Shown piece by piece: positions 38,709-52,885 of a DNA stretch of 64,000 nt (within the stretch, counting starts at the first letter, position 1; every line of letters starts with the position of its first letter). The stretch is taken from NCBI GenBank assembly GCA_951406725.2, contig OX597821.1, positions 62,620,001-62,684,000 on the forward strand. Direction: 5' to 3'. This DNA comes from Octopus vulgaris (taxonomy: Eukaryota). Position numbers and translations under genes: made by a program. The notes beneath the pieces were generated by a model. That model made no database searches. It saw only the letters and a list, made by a program, of their open reading frames with translations, and was not told where the DNA came from.

Positions 38709-41700
38709 CCATATTTTTTTCCAGGCTATGCTATTATACTAATTAATAATGTGTCAATTAGCGGTGTCGTTAATGTTTTCCTTACTTTAATGATGCCGGT
38801 GATAGATGTTAGAAGTCCCCTTATAGAACTGAATTCATAAAAAATTTGAGAAGCAAACATACTTTTTTCCTTTTAAAATTTATAGCATGAGATTGATACC
38901 ATGAAATTCCTCGCATTGAGCTTTATCATCTAAGCTTCATTAAAATATAGTTTGTTTATAAAATAATAAAGACTTAATTATACTTAAATCCGATTTTTGC
39001 CATACATTTTTCCTGATATTTTACCTCACAAATTTTTTGATACGAATTTTTGTTGCATGGGACCAAACTATCAAATTTGTCATACATTCGTTTATGATTG
39101 AAGCTAAGATAAGTATATTTTGCTTTTAAAATTTTAAAAAGTTATTTAGATTTAAACTTGATTGGAAGCGTTACATTCTCTCCTGTAACGTTGCTACAAA
39201 TTTTGATGTAAACGTTTTTCTACTGGACCAAATCTTTTTTATATGTCAAAATGTAGCTTAGAAACCAGTACTCTTCACAACTGTTAACGGTTTTCAATTT
39301 GGTTAAAAACAGAATTAGTGACAAGCTCTGAAGTTGCTGCATGTGAGTAAATTGCAGACTTAAGAATATTATTCAACTACTTCTGTAATTGAATGATATC
39401 TGTAAACTATTTAAAACAGACCAACAATTGCTCACGTTTCAAGCACTAACAATTTTTACCTTTCTGCATTATATTATGCTGTACAGACAAGTCAAGATAA
39501 ATAAGATCAATTTGGATATTTCCTCTAATTGCCATAACTTTCAAGGCATTTTATAATAATAGACGCACAGTTTAGTAATATTAAACGTGCGATTTCGTTG
39601 CTAAAATATTTATGTATTAAATGAGTAGAAAAAAAGCGGAAATGAAATACATTAAAAGTTATGTTAACTCAGACATTTATACGTAATTGTATTCATAGAA
39701 AAAATAGACACAAATTCTACATTATTACTTTCATTGTGCTTCAAGATCTTTAATCAATATCGATAAATGTACGTAATACCTATCCTAATGGAAAGAGAGA
39801 GAGAGAGCACGTACGTAATATTTGGATAGCAATTACATATATCCATTAACGATATTTTTTTTAATTTGCTAATTTAAATGAGTCTAGCATAGCTGTTTTT
39901 GTTATCTTTAAGCAGTTATCAATGATTAAACGGTTGTCTACGTCATTTTAAATCTATTTTGGGGTGTGTCGCGTCAATGTTCACCATTTCGACGCATTCG
40001 TGTCGTCAAATTATTCTCTTATACATTAATGCTAATTGTTATATCACGAGTTTGCTGACATTATATTACGAGAGAAGCTAAGAGTTTTCCAAAGTAAGAG
40101 TCATGTCTCTTCATGTAGGTAATCAATACGACTCTAAATCCGCCAAGATAAGTTATTCGTATGTAATATGAACGAATGTACGTATGTACGATACAATATG
40201 ATAAATGTATAAAATGTTGTATGTATATATGTGTGTGTGTACAAACGATTATATAACTTCACGTTCTTCAAATACAAGTCTCAGACACATACACACCCAA
40301 GCGCGCACAGACGCACATTCGCACACACTCACACACACATATACATATATAGAGAGAGTGAGGTAAAAGAGAGTGATGGATTTCACTCTCCCTCACAAGC
40401 GTCCATCCTTGCACTAAGTCGAACTCGACCTCAACTTCCAAAAACCTATTTTTAACCCCACAGCCGCTGCAATATTTCCTGAACAATATTTCATTTGTAA
40501 GATTTTATGAAAGACAGAAATCTCGGCAATCTCCATGCTGGGATCTTTATAATGTTCAGTTGCATCCAAGTAAGATTTTTTAATTAGGCATAACGACAAT
40601 GCAAAGCATGGTATACATTACCAACACTACAACCGTCACCAGGACTAAGTTACTGCACCACAACAAACAGGAATTCTGACGTATATTCTCTAACTTAATG
40701 AATTTCATCAAATGCAGAGTTTGTAGTATTGAGAAAGCAACCGTTTGTCTTGCGACTTGTCACGGGACCACATTCGACGTATGCTACAACGTACGACAGG
40801 TTAGCATTCGACACAAGTAGATATTTCTTTACTTATTTAACAATGTGCTTTATCTCTGCACATCATAGACTCATATACACTTCTCTTACTATATTTTCTT
40901 TCAATTTCCCTCTCTATCTCACCTAGAGTCTCTCCACTGCTATTTCATCGTTGTCTTGTGTTCCCCATCATTTGCAGCCAGTTACTTAAACACCAGGAAT
41001 GTAAAACTATGCTCATTATCATTATACTCTGGCATTTTACTTGAAGAACGTCTCTTTCAAAAACTGTGGATACACCGCACATCATAGCAGTTTTCTCTAC
41101 TCACACACTCGCACACATATGCACACACGCACGCATACACACACACACGCATATATATATATGTGTGTGTGTGTGTGTGAGTGTGTGTGTATATGTGTGT
41201 GTGTATAGCGTGTGTGCGTGTATATACATACATACATACGAATCCTGAATGTTTGTTTTATTTAATTCTGGAATGGTTGATAAAATAATTACCAGTCAAG
41301 TAACAGCCTCGCTCTAAATGATGCTGTCTCTCCTAAAATGGGACACAGCTATTTCATCATTCATATATCGTATTTCTGAATTTTACTGCAGACCTACGAA
41401 TCTGGTTGGATTTAAACGTTGCATGTAAATAAAATTGAAATAAATCATGGCTAGCCAAACTACTGGATTAATATCATTCACACATAAGGGTCATTATCCG
41501 AAAGCAAAAGTTGATCGATTTAAAACGACTAACAGATATTCAATAAACGACGATCTTTGGGGAAAGAAAATATGGTAATAATGGAAACGAGTTAAATATG
41601 TATACAAGAGTTTCATTTTCAATGGAAGCATTATAGAATGAATTGTATATTTATGATAAAATTCATCGGCATATAGATGCATTTATGGATTAAACATGGT

Positions 41701-41734
41701 AGGCGTTCGATATTATAGCGATATCACACATACA

Positions 41735-41824
<90 letters not shown>

Positions 41825-41825
<1 letters not shown>

Positions 41826-41953
41826 TATGCGAAACTCAGAGTAACAGGTTTTGTAGAATTTTCTGCTGCTTTAAATAAAGCATATTACTCTACCACTGGT
41901 ATTTGAGTACTCTTTTTTCCACCTTGTTTCACATTTATGTGTTTACTCCGGTA
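41825..41953 (+). mobile_element. PLE-type terminal fragment between microsatellites (3' half hammerhead)
   Basis: cGAAAC tcaga GTA acagg has the same stem III as 15126. Followed by aataaa and a T-rich tail; (TA)n on the left, (TATC)/(TA)n on the right. Confidence 0.5.
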
Positions 41954-41993
41954 CATATCTATCTATCTATCTATATATCTATCTATCTATCTA

Positions 41994-42028
<35 letters not shown>

Positions 42029-42041
42029 CATGTGTGTGTGT

Positions 42042-42780
42042 GTGGCTGTGTTGTAAGTAGCTTGCTTACCAACCATAATGGTTCTGGGTTCAATCCAACT
42101 GCGTGGCACCATGGGCAAGTATCCTCTACTATAACCTCGGGCTGATCAAAATCTTGTGAGTGGTTTTGGTAAAGACTCCGCCGGTTACGACAACGAGGGT
42201 CCCAGCTGATACGATCAACGGAACAGCTTGCTCGTGAAATTAACGTGCAAATGACTGAGCATTCTACAGACACGTGTACCCTTAACGTAGTTCTCGGGGA
42301 TTATCAGCGTGACACAGAGAGTGACAAGGCTGACCCTTTGAAATACAAGTACAACTCATTTTTGCCAGCTGAGTGGACTGGAGCAACGTGAAATAAAGTG
42401 TCTTGCTCAAGGGCACAACGCGTCGCCGGGAATCGAACTCACAACCTTACGATCATGAGCCGAATGCCCTAACCACTAAGCCACGCGCCCTCACAGTGGT
42501 TTTGGTAGACGGAAACGGAAAGAAGCCCGTCGTATATATGTTTATATATATGTATGTGTGTGAATATATTTGTGTGTCTGTGTTAGTCCCCTCAACATTA
42601 CTTGACAACCGATGCTGGTGTATTTACGTCCACGTAACTTAGCGGTTCTGCAAAAGAGACCGATAAATATGTACTAGGCTTACAAAGAATAAGTCCTGGT
42701 GTCTATTCGCTCGACTAAAGGCGGTGCTCCAGCATGGCCGCAGTCAAATTACTGAAACAAGTAAAAGAGTAAAAGGGTAA
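42042..42780 (+). mobile_element. SINE family A interrupted by a family D SINE
   Basis: Head at 42042-42171; resumes at 42495 and runs to the tail gaaacaagtaaaagagtaaaag. Confidence 0.93.
42172..42494 (-). mobile_element. SINE family D (CORE-like) nested insertion with 13-bp TSD
   Basis: agtggttttggta at 42159-42171 and 42495-42507; head and core homologous to 26410-26565. Confidence 0.93.
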
Positions 42781-42806
42781 TAGATAGATAGATTGATTGA
42801 TTGGTT

Positions 42807-42848
<42 letters not shown>

Positions 42849-43035
42849 CATATATTGCGTATTGCTTGTTCGTTTCTCTTTTTTGCGTGTGTGATTTCAT
42901 CTTCTATGTACCTGAAGTTATTTCCTCCGTCTGGCTGCTTTTCTTTCTACAAAACGAGAAGTTACATTGCGGAACTATTATTTTGACGAGTTGTATCTTT
43001 CTTATCAATCAGTGACTTACATCTGCGCCGCTTGA

Positions 43036-43107
43036 TGCACCTGAACCACTAGCTGAGTGTCCCACACGTGAGGGATCGTTGCTAGACGTGTCGAAACAAT
43101 TGTAGTG
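43036..43107 (+). ncRNA. Degenerate hammerhead motif
   Basis: cac CTGAacc actagc...gctag acgtgtc GAAAC aatt GTA gtg. Palindromic stem III ACAATTGT, followed by aataaa; core G8/A9 lost. Confidence 0.45.
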
Positions 43108-43265
43108 ATTAAAAATAAATTCTCGCATATTACAACTTCAGCCTTTCATTTGCCACGCACACACACTGCGAGGATGATCCGGTTCTTGACTGAAGAAATA
43201 CCGTCCGTGTTTTTTGTATCGTATATTTGGATGTTTTGCGTTCTTGTCCCATTTTTAATTTTTTT

Positions 43266-43347
<82 letters not shown>

Positions 43348-43515
43348 GTGTGTGTGTGTATATATATTTATGTGTGTATATATATATCTATATCTATATA
43401 TATATATATATATATATAACGAATAATAGTAGTTTGGGATGATTCGAAATCCTATATCGTAATTAGTTACATTTTATTTTAACATATGAAAACTATTGTA
43501 ACATTGCACTTAATA

Positions 43516-43730
43516 TTGATTTCAAATTTTGGTACAAGTCTACCAATTGGAGGAGGAGGCTTAGCTGATTATATTGAGCACAGCGTTGAACTGGTACTTA
43601 TTTCATTGACTCCGAAAGGCTCAAAGGCAAAGTCGACCCTGGCGGAATTTTAACTCAGAACGTAACGATTGACGAAATGCCACTAAGTATTTTATCAGGC
43701 ATGCTAACCATTCTACAATCTCACCGCCTT
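43516..43730 (-). mobile_element. SINE family B with TSD
   Basis: Homology to 54623; attgcacttaata / attgtacttaata flanks. Confidence 0.9.
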
Positions 43731-44945
43731 ATTGTACTTAATAATATTGAAACATAGTTTATACTAATGCGCAGTGTATGGACTCGATGTAATTCGATCC
43801 TAAATTTCATTGTTGAAATTACGATGCAATAATACTTTATTTTTGTTCTTCTCCCCTTTTATTATAATTTAATTTATATTTATGCTTCAGTGAAACGTTT
43901 CGTATACTAATTCTTATGCAATTTGTATGTATCCTCTGTATGTTTTATTTAAGATACAAATCGTTCGTATAATCTCTCACAAATCATTTTGAAGCATCTA
44001 ATACACATGCTTTTTGTATGTTTTATACTTTTCAAATAGACGACTTATTTGTTACAAGCGATTCTGAATTAATTCCACGTTATGTAATAAATTAATGCTT
44101 ACACCAATAGAATAGATTTTGATAAATATCTTGCTTACAAGATTAAAGTATCACTGATAATAATTTTCAGATATAAAAATAATATATAAGGAAAACATTT
44201 ATATAAAGAGAGCATTTAATCATATTTATGATTCAAATTAGCAGAAGAGATAAATGATAAATGAACATGGAATCAACGAATAATTTGTATGCAGATTAGT
44301 TCCCATTCTATCATTCTGTTAACTGTTACAAGCAAAGTATGCGGTCTGGCGGGGACATTGACATTTGAGCCTATGCTCGTTTATTTTAGACTCACTTTCC
44401 TATCTTCTTCCCAGAGTCGATTCTGATGAAATAGTGATTTGGACTGAGCTGCGTCTTGTATTTCTGCCTTACGGTATGGGTTCAGTTCCTATATCATAAA
44501 AACCTCACTAATTGTTATTTGAATACACCCACATCTACACCTCAGAGATCGCTATGCTTTCTGACAATGTATCACACGTTTGTGGGCCTTCGAGGCTAAA
44601 CTGGTATTATTAGGCTCTGATTCTGAAGTGAGATAGGATAATTTTTGATGGCAAACAGTCTAGTGAATAGTATAATTTTCAGTCCCAAAGACGTGTGCTA
44701 GAATTTCCTCGGCATATCTTTTGTGTCTTCTCTCAGCTTCTGCTCAGCTTCTGCCATCGCTCAATTGTCCACAAGTTGCACAGAGGCTATCTTCTTGTAG
44801 CGGCGATGGCTTGCCACGCGTTCTGCGGTATTTACTGTAACTGTAATCAATAACTCACGTTGTTGAGTAGGACATTTCTCTATAAGAGCAACATGGTTTC
44901 TCTATTTCGTGCTCTGGACAATCACAGAACCCATCCAATCACTCG

Positions 44946-45243
44946 ATGTGGTTCCCTCTATAACGGGTATAGAACCCATAAAAGAAAGATATAAATGAAA
45001 ACTGCAGTAATTCTCTTTTAGATACAGAGCTAAAAATCCCATACCAACTTTTATGCCTCTCTTTAGGAATTTGTTTCTTTCTGATTCCTTTTTTCTGTTT
45101 CTTTCCTTGGGGGCGGGCTGTAAAAGATTATGTGTAGCCCTTTTGTTATGGCATTTGAGACATAGTAAAATATTATTAAAAGGAAAAATCTCTGAATTAT
45201 TGAGACCCAATATGTGTCGCGACCCATGGTTTGGTAACCACTA
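44946..45243. mobile_element. Possible hAT-type (Charlie-like) MITE
   Basis: Right end gtcgcgacccatggtttggtaaccacta resembles hAT MITE termini (cagtggttcccaaac...gggtcgcgaccc); degenerate gtggttccc at the left. Confidence 0.45.
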
Positions 45244-46226
45244 GTATATGTTAGATACTAAATGCAATAAAATATTTGAAATGGGTACGAAACTCCGTGC
45301 ATGTATTAGAGATAATAAATGCAGGTGATACCGTGCATTTATTAGAGATGCAAAATTTGCACTTCCAAAGAATGTTAACATGTGCAGCCTATGCATCTAT
45401 ACACGCATAATTACATACATACACTTGCTGATAATGAATGTATCGGTTAAATATTAAAAAGACAAATCGATTTCTCTGTGTAAAGTGGCTGAACAAATAA
45501 TCCAATCTATTTAGTTGCATAAATCAACTAGTCTTCATTTATTACAGACCACCAACGAAATAATGATATTGATTTCTAATCTATAAAAAGAAATATACCA
45601 TATTCTAAATATTTTGTTAAATATTGCAACATCTTTCATTAGCGAAATTAATAAATTACAACGGTAGTGGTGAAATCACGTGATTTAATTCTCTTAATCA
45701 GATATATTGTGAGAACTCATCTATTATCTGATCTTTCGGTCCATCAGCTAATTTGTCATGACTAATTGAGGTGTTTTCATTCTGTGCGCACTAATTAAAT
45801 AGTTATGTGTACTTTCAAAGATTTTTTTCTTAAATTTAACAATTCATACTAATTTCAGCTTCATTTATATGTATTCAAGCCAAAGCATTTTGATGTGTTA
45901 GCTATTTCTCTGAAAACTGCTTTGAAGCTAAACTCCCACGTATTTATTACAAACTTCGAGCTGTCTCATATTACATTTCCATCCACTTTATTCTCAGCAG
46001 AGAGCAAGTAATCAGCGAGTATCATTTCAGGCAAAAGTATGAGGGATGTGTCTGGAAATGGTATATACATCGGTGTGCCTTTAAGACTTCAATAAGTGTT
46101 GGAGGGAGTAGTGGCGGTGCATTTTAAGAAAACATGTTATTCTCTTGCTAATTTGAATAAATCTTAACGTCTCTTTCTCCTCTTAGTAAGTCTTATTATA
46201 TTTTCAAATCACGCTAATCATAATGA

Positions 46227-46227
<1 letters not shown>

Positions 46228-46314
<87 letters not shown>
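46228..46314. repeat. (ACT)n microsatellite
   Basis: Direct inspection. Confidence 0.97.
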
Positions 46315-46315
<1 letters not shown>

Positions 46316-46398
46316 GACCTCGGCGATATTTGAACTCAGAACGTAACGGCAGACGAAATGGGGCTACGCATTTGGCCCGGCGTCCTAACGTTTCTGCA
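46315..46398 (-). mobile_element. SINE family B head fragment joined directly to (TAG)n
   Basis: gacctcggcgatatttgaactcagaacgtaacggcagacgaaat...cccggcgtcctaacgtttctgc. Confidence 0.85.
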
Positions 46399-46586
46399 TA
46401 TGACTAAGTCATATGAACGACCGTCGTGAATGTAAAGCAATTACTGCCCTGGTAGGGTTTATGCTTATGGCAGAAACAAACACAAGGCACCTTGAACACA
46501 AACCAAAAATCATCACCCTAATGTCACTTCAATTCTTGATGCTTGAAATTAACACTCCTTCTCATTCAGATCCAGAAGAAATGGCT

Positions 46587-46622
46587 GCTACTACTACTAC
46601 TACAACGACGACGACGACTACG

Positions 46623-46671
<49 letters not shown>

Positions 46672-46702
46672 TTGCTGCTGCTGCTGCTGATAATATAATA
46701 AC

Positions 46703-46752
<50 letters not shown>
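46587..46752. repeat. (ACT)/(ACG)/(GCT)/(AAT) compound microsatellite
   Basis: Direct inspection. Confidence 0.97.
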
Positions 46753-46754
<2 letters not shown>

Positions 46755-47423
46755 GACACTGTCCATCATACCCAGCAAAATAAGCTGTGGGTTTTCCTAT
46801 AATAAAAATGATATAATAAGGATAATGAGAATGATAATAATAAAGGCAATTACTATGTAAAATCATTAGACTTTAAAAGTGAGCGTCCTATAAAATTTGG
46901 TTGCATAGCTCTATAATCTACTTTTGAATATTCCGATTTGAAATATATATAATGCATAATTGTAATGTATCGGGCTTGCCACCATCAACTATATGTCGAT
47001 TTGTGTGTAAAACTTGGTCTTCCCAATAACACGAAAGTCTTTTTTTTTACTAGAAGTCCAATATTTTGCATATTTTCCACTATAGTCAATGAACTTAGAA
47101 TCTAAACCAATACCAAAATGTTCTCGGTGGTTAATAAGGGTAAAAGCCAGGAGTAATCGATTTCAGACAGTAAAGAGAGGAAACCAAATTATGCAATCAA
47201 ACACAAAGCAATAATATTGATATATGCAAATACTTTTTTTTCAGAGACAGATTCAATAACTACTAAAAATACACAAAATTATCATTGACAGAAATTTCTA
47301 CAGTCCAAATGCCATGTTTTCTCGGATGGTTTTATGTTTAGACAACTGTGTCAATTTTTCTCTGTCTGCTTTCTCCTTCTCTCTCACTCTCTCTCTCTCT
47401 CTGTTCTTCTTTCTCTTTTTACC

Positions 47424-47527
<104 letters not shown>

Positions 47528-47529
47528 CT

Positions 47530-47725
47530 AAACATGAAAACACACAGAGAAAACACAACAACGTAAGGACGTGGAACAAGTATAGTGTTATTGGACGCTC
47601 AGGAAAGGAAAGAACGAAGGGGGATTTAACGCTTCGAGCGGAGCTCTTCGTTAGAAACATAGGAAAAAGAAAGATCCAAGGAAGGGAAGACGGAGGAAAA
47701 AATCGCCAACGATGCACATACGGTA
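47530..47725 (-). mobile_element. PLE-type short element between (TA)n tracts
   Basis: Contains a minimal HHR at 47625-47657 and a pyrimidine-rich minus-strand tail (cgtccttacgttgttgtgttttctctgtgtg); related to 60765-60940. Confidence 0.6.
47625..47657 (-). ncRNA. Minimal hammerhead motif, mutated
   Basis: uuu CUAACGA agagc ucc gcuc GAAGC GUU aaa, two substitutions from uuuCUGACGAagagc..gcucGAAACGUUaaa. Confidence 0.6.
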
Positions 47726-47754
47726 GTGTGCTTATATGTTTGTGTGTATTTTTA

Positions 47755-47805
<51 letters not shown>

Positions 47806-48400
47806 ATATCAAGAGAGAGAGAAAGACAGAGTGAGTGAGAGAGACGATTCAGACTGTAATCAGAAGGGGTAGGACAATAGAGAGCCAGTCATTGGGAATG
47901 ACGTATTGACAACCACACTAAAGCCTTCTTTTACTCTAGAGCGGATGAGCAGAAGAGAAGTGAAAGCCGCATAGGAAACAATAGAGTCTAAAAGACCATC
48001 GTTACAATACTGGGTATGTTAGTGAAGATGTTTTAATGCCTGGTTCAGAGAGCAATTGAAAAGGAAGCGAGTTCTTGTATTTTAGGAACAAAGAGTACCA
48101 GCAATCGCCTTGTAAGGAGCAACAGAAGGCGAAGAAAGAACAAATAGTGTAATTTATCGCAGAATAAGTACAATAAATACAAAAAAAAAAAATAATAATA
48201 AAGAGCAAGGACTAACAAAAGAAAAGTGAACTCATAACAAAACCTACAGAAATGTTAAAAGTGGAGCCTACTCCAAATGAGAGCCTCATATTCTTTACAG
48301 TAGTGAAGGATAATAAAGGAGTACTGAAAATTTACGTCAGCGCGCCTTTTCGAATTTTCAAAAACATTTTACATACACACACACACACACACATATACAA

Positions 48401-48437
<37 letters not shown>

Positions 48438-48716
48438 GTGTGTGTGTGTGTGTGTATATGTGCCTGCTCACATGCAGGCACACATACACACACATGAGGA
48501 GTATATAGACAGCCGACAACTGATGAGCGTTCCTTTCTCTGTTTACTTGTCCTGTTTTCCATTTTCCTCGTTGTTTACATATTTCACTCGTTTTTCCCTC
48601 ATTTATTTACGTATATCATACTATTTACACCGTTATTGACATCCTGTACCCATATATGCTTGTATATATATATGTTGTATTATATTATATATTACTTATT
48701 ATTAGATATAAATATA

Positions 48717-48760
<44 letters not shown>

Positions 48761-48764
48761 AATA

Positions 48765-48905
48765 AATGAAAGAATGGAGTTGAACGACGAATTAACAAAA
48801 TTCCTTTATTTTATTTTCGACATATGTTTCGAAGGCTGCATATTCCTAATTTCTGGCGTGAACTTGCTACCCAGGTATCGGTTAACCGAATTATCCATAA
48901 TAAGT
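48765..48905 (-). mobile_element. PLE-type fragment between (TA)n tracts (3' half hammerhead)
   Basis: Minus: gccttc GAAAC atat GTC gaaaataaaataaagg; palindromic ACATATGT as at 7533. Confidence 0.45.
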
Positions 48906-48925
48906 TAATTCATTCAACTACTCAA

Positions 48926-48983
<58 letters not shown>

Positions 48984-51764
48984 GCATATAACTATACGCA
49001 TATAATTATTACATATACCATCAGATACAATGCACAGTAAATGAAGTTCGCACGAGTAAGCGAAAATACCGAAATAATTTTAAAATCATGTTATAGCAAA
49101 TTTATTGATACTCGACACCCAACTTCAAGGAAACAATTCGATTTTGAGGAAGGAACTTGTTACCTTTTCAGCTAACAACATCCGATTCCGTGCTATCACA
49201 GACTTATAACTGAAGGAACCACGCGCGCGCACATACGCGTGAGTGTGTGTGTCTGTGTAGCGTCAAATTTTGATGCCACGTGCATGGAAGATTTTTTCTA
49301 CGCTGATCTCGGAACATAATCATGCGATGGCCGAAATGTAGTGTTGGAAATGCTAACAACCGATGAATCATTATGACATGAAAACACTTCAAAGAAATAA
49401 AATTTTCCAATTTTCTGCTTTCATATTCAACTCAAGTTTTGTTTTCTGATCTTTTACTACATGCCATATGTTCTTTGATCTAAAATCTATTTCCTTTACG
49501 TATATATCGTATAGATTCTCTCTTTTTTTCTTCTTAGTATATTCCGTGTAATATGTCTGATGGAATATAGGATTACAAATATATGTATATGCTTTCCAAC
49601 CCAGATGAAAATAAGCTCTTATTCGTATCTACTCCAATCAATCAACACCTGAATCTGGGATAGATTTCCATATCTGATAATACCGAACTATGAGTAATAC
49701 AAATGTAAAATATTGAATTGTTATACACAAATACATATATGCATACACTCACACACAGATACACAGAAACACGCTCATGCAAAGTCGCACACACTCACAC
49801 ACACACACACATCAACATATATCTAAGTAATAACTAGTCAATGTTAAATTAAAAATTAGTTGGAATGTTTTAATATAATAGAATCGAGGAAAAGCATTTA
49901 ATATGCGAGAGAAGTTTTAACATGTAAACAAATATTAAGAAAATATATTTAACGATACTATTCCTATATTGAAACAAAAGTTTGGTAAACACAATTGATT
50001 GGCTCTCTAGACCAGTAAAATATTATAGATTTATGCGTTCATTGCACAATGCTGATAGATTAAGGAAATATTTGAAAATCTGGAATTTAATTTAAATATG
50101 GTATTGGAGACACATGCCATGTAGTGCAATTTCTGCTTTGAGCATTATAAATGAAATATGTCTACAGTGAATCAACGCTGTCTACGACTGTCAATTGTTT
50201 CAAATGAATAAAGTGATTGCTTTAGAACCAGGAAAACTGACACAACAATATTGGCTCGTACATCATTGTAATATTTCCGTATCAATTCGGAGATACGTGT
50301 CTATTCAAAGTATTTCTTTTCTTGATATCAATAAGTTTGGTTATAATAATACAACAAATTGTTTTTGGAAATATGTTTCTGTCATATTAAATATTCAAAA
50401 GTTTGCAGAATCCTTTAAATATTTTAATATCGATATCATTATATCTATAACATAGATGTTAATAAAATTTTTACATGAGAGATACAGCATGTAAAGTTTA
50501 GTTATATTGGTTTTCTATTATAATGCATTTATTAAATCTGTTTAAATAAGTTAATTGTTCCATTATTTTTTATTGTAATATATTTTTAACATTCACTGAT
50601 TAATTCAATAATATCATAATGTGCAACAATTAGGAATTCCCCCACGCCCTTGTATACAAGGGGAATGCAACCTCTTAAATTTGGTTTTAAAATATATATG
50701 GAGTTGTATTATGACTAAGACAAAAATTAATTACTTAATTTTGAGATAACGAATTTATGCAAATGTTTTCAAATACGAATCCCATATCATATAAGTTATA
50801 TGGTAGCTCATTTTCGTTTAATTTATGTTAATAACCTAGGCTATATATGTATTCTCTTCATGTTTCGTTTATGTCTAAATCTGCTGTCTGCTGAAGATAA
50901 GGAAGGTCGATTGCTGTGCAGAGGACACTTATTGAACACATAGACGTGCCTTAATGATTGTGTTAATATATACAGAAACGTTTGATCTTAATGACATGCC
51001 ATTCCCGACCATTGACTCCGCATTTACAATGTGTACCAATTGCCACATAACATTTGGGCTTCTCTGGCAGAGAGAATAATTTCTATAAGACAAGGCTCTT
51101 TCATATACATGTATGTATGTATGTATGTATGTATGTATGTATGTATGTATGTATGTATGTATGTATTATGTATGTATGTATGTATGTATGTATGTATTAT
51201 GTATGCATTAGGTAAGCGTATATAAGCCTGCATATATACAAACTTGCTACCATTCAAATATGCCTGACGCATTATGGATCCCGTAAGAAAAACAATCTAT
51301 TTAGTTACAGAGAAAATTTCTCACTGTAGATACATATGGGTACAAACACAGAGTCAGCTCACAGCACTAGCTAACCACACAGTGATATACTTGCATTTCG
51401 GAGTGGTTATCTTCCCTTCAGCTACAGAAATTATGTTGGACACACGACAGTGTTCGAATATATGCGTTTTTTCTAGATGGTTTGTAGTTTCTTTAGTGTT
51501 TAATATTTGGTTTGGAACAATAAAGTTCCAGATTTCATACTTGACCTTTCTAGGCCTTTAATTTCTCCTTTCCCAGAACTTAATACATTAAGCGACTGAA
51601 ATGTTTCTTATTACATGGAAACGTTTCCGCTAAAGATTCCATACGCGAGCCATCTTTGATTGTCGCTGTTAACTTTTTAACTCTTAGATCAGTATCTCAG
51701 TAACTATGTGTTAATAGTTTTATGTATGTGTTGTTTGCGAGTTGATCATGACATCGTATTATGA

Positions 51765-51862
51765 CAAGAGTAATGTCTCCATAATTAAACCTTTTTAATT
51801 CAAGAGTAATGTCTCCATAACAAGAGTAATGTCTCCATAATTAAACCTTTTTAATTCAAGAG
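51765..51862. repeat. Complex perfect local duplication A-B-A-A-B
   Basis: A=caagagtaatgtctccataa (51765, 51801, 51821), B=ttaaacctttttaatt (51785, 51841), then caagag. Confidence 0.95.
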
Positions 51863-52835
51863 AATGTGTAAGCATTCTGTATTAATTCCTCTGTGATTTC
51901 AATATATTCTGTGCCTATACAGTTTTGCAATAACAGCAGTTAATGAGTCCATGGGAAAACTGCAAAATACTGTTTTACTTATATGTTCAATGCCACATCA
52001 AGTTTCTTGAATATTTCATTGACCACTCCCCGATCGTTCTGGGTTTACATGTCCGTGGTGTGTTATTGATAATGAAGGTAGTGCTATTATATCATAGTGT
52101 AGGTTTATGATCGAATACATTTTGTTTTTACGAAGGTTTTGATGTTATGCTTCCAGTTACAAGTATATATACAGATGCAAGCTCGTCGTTAGTTTGAAGG
52201 CTTCACTTCGCCATTTCGACATTTAATAAAAAAACACTATTGGACTAATAGAAAATCTATTCGCATAATTATAGAATATTATGGAATTGACAACGGAAGA
52301 TTAAAACGAAACATTTGCAGTTAATTTATACAAATTAAAATACACGGCATTATAATTGCCGTTAATCAAGAAATAATTATTTTTAATTGTAATGATGTCC
52401 AGTAAGTAATTGAAGTATTTAACTGATTACCACTAATGTTTGGAGATATTCTTTAAACCAATTATTGGTTACAAAGTACTAAAATATTCATAAGACATGC
52501 CTAGCATTTATACTTAATTATAGCAATTACTTTCTTTTAACACGTCATGTCGCTACAGTATGATACTTTGGGAAACATTGCTAATTTTTGAAATGCGATT
52601 TTTATACTAGCTTTAAGCTCGTCATATGAAATATGGCATTCTGTACATAGATCTATATATCTACATATGTGTATATTTGTTTTTACTTGTATATTTATGG
52701 GTATGATTAGAGTGTACGTCGGTGTGTGAGTGCAAGCGTATGCATGTTATTTAGTATTTTTGGAAAGTATTGTATGTTTTACATGAGGAAATGTATCTCC
52801 ACATATATACATGTATATAGGTGGACATGGATTTA

Positions 52836-52885
<50 letters not shown>

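Noticed and set aside
44340-44940. GC-richer block resembling decayed coding or TE sequence
   Set aside because: Stops in the frames checked and no identifiable motif
51765-51862. CRISPR-like repeat-spacer pattern
   Set aside because: Spacers are identical or absent, the context is eukaryotic and there are no cas genes
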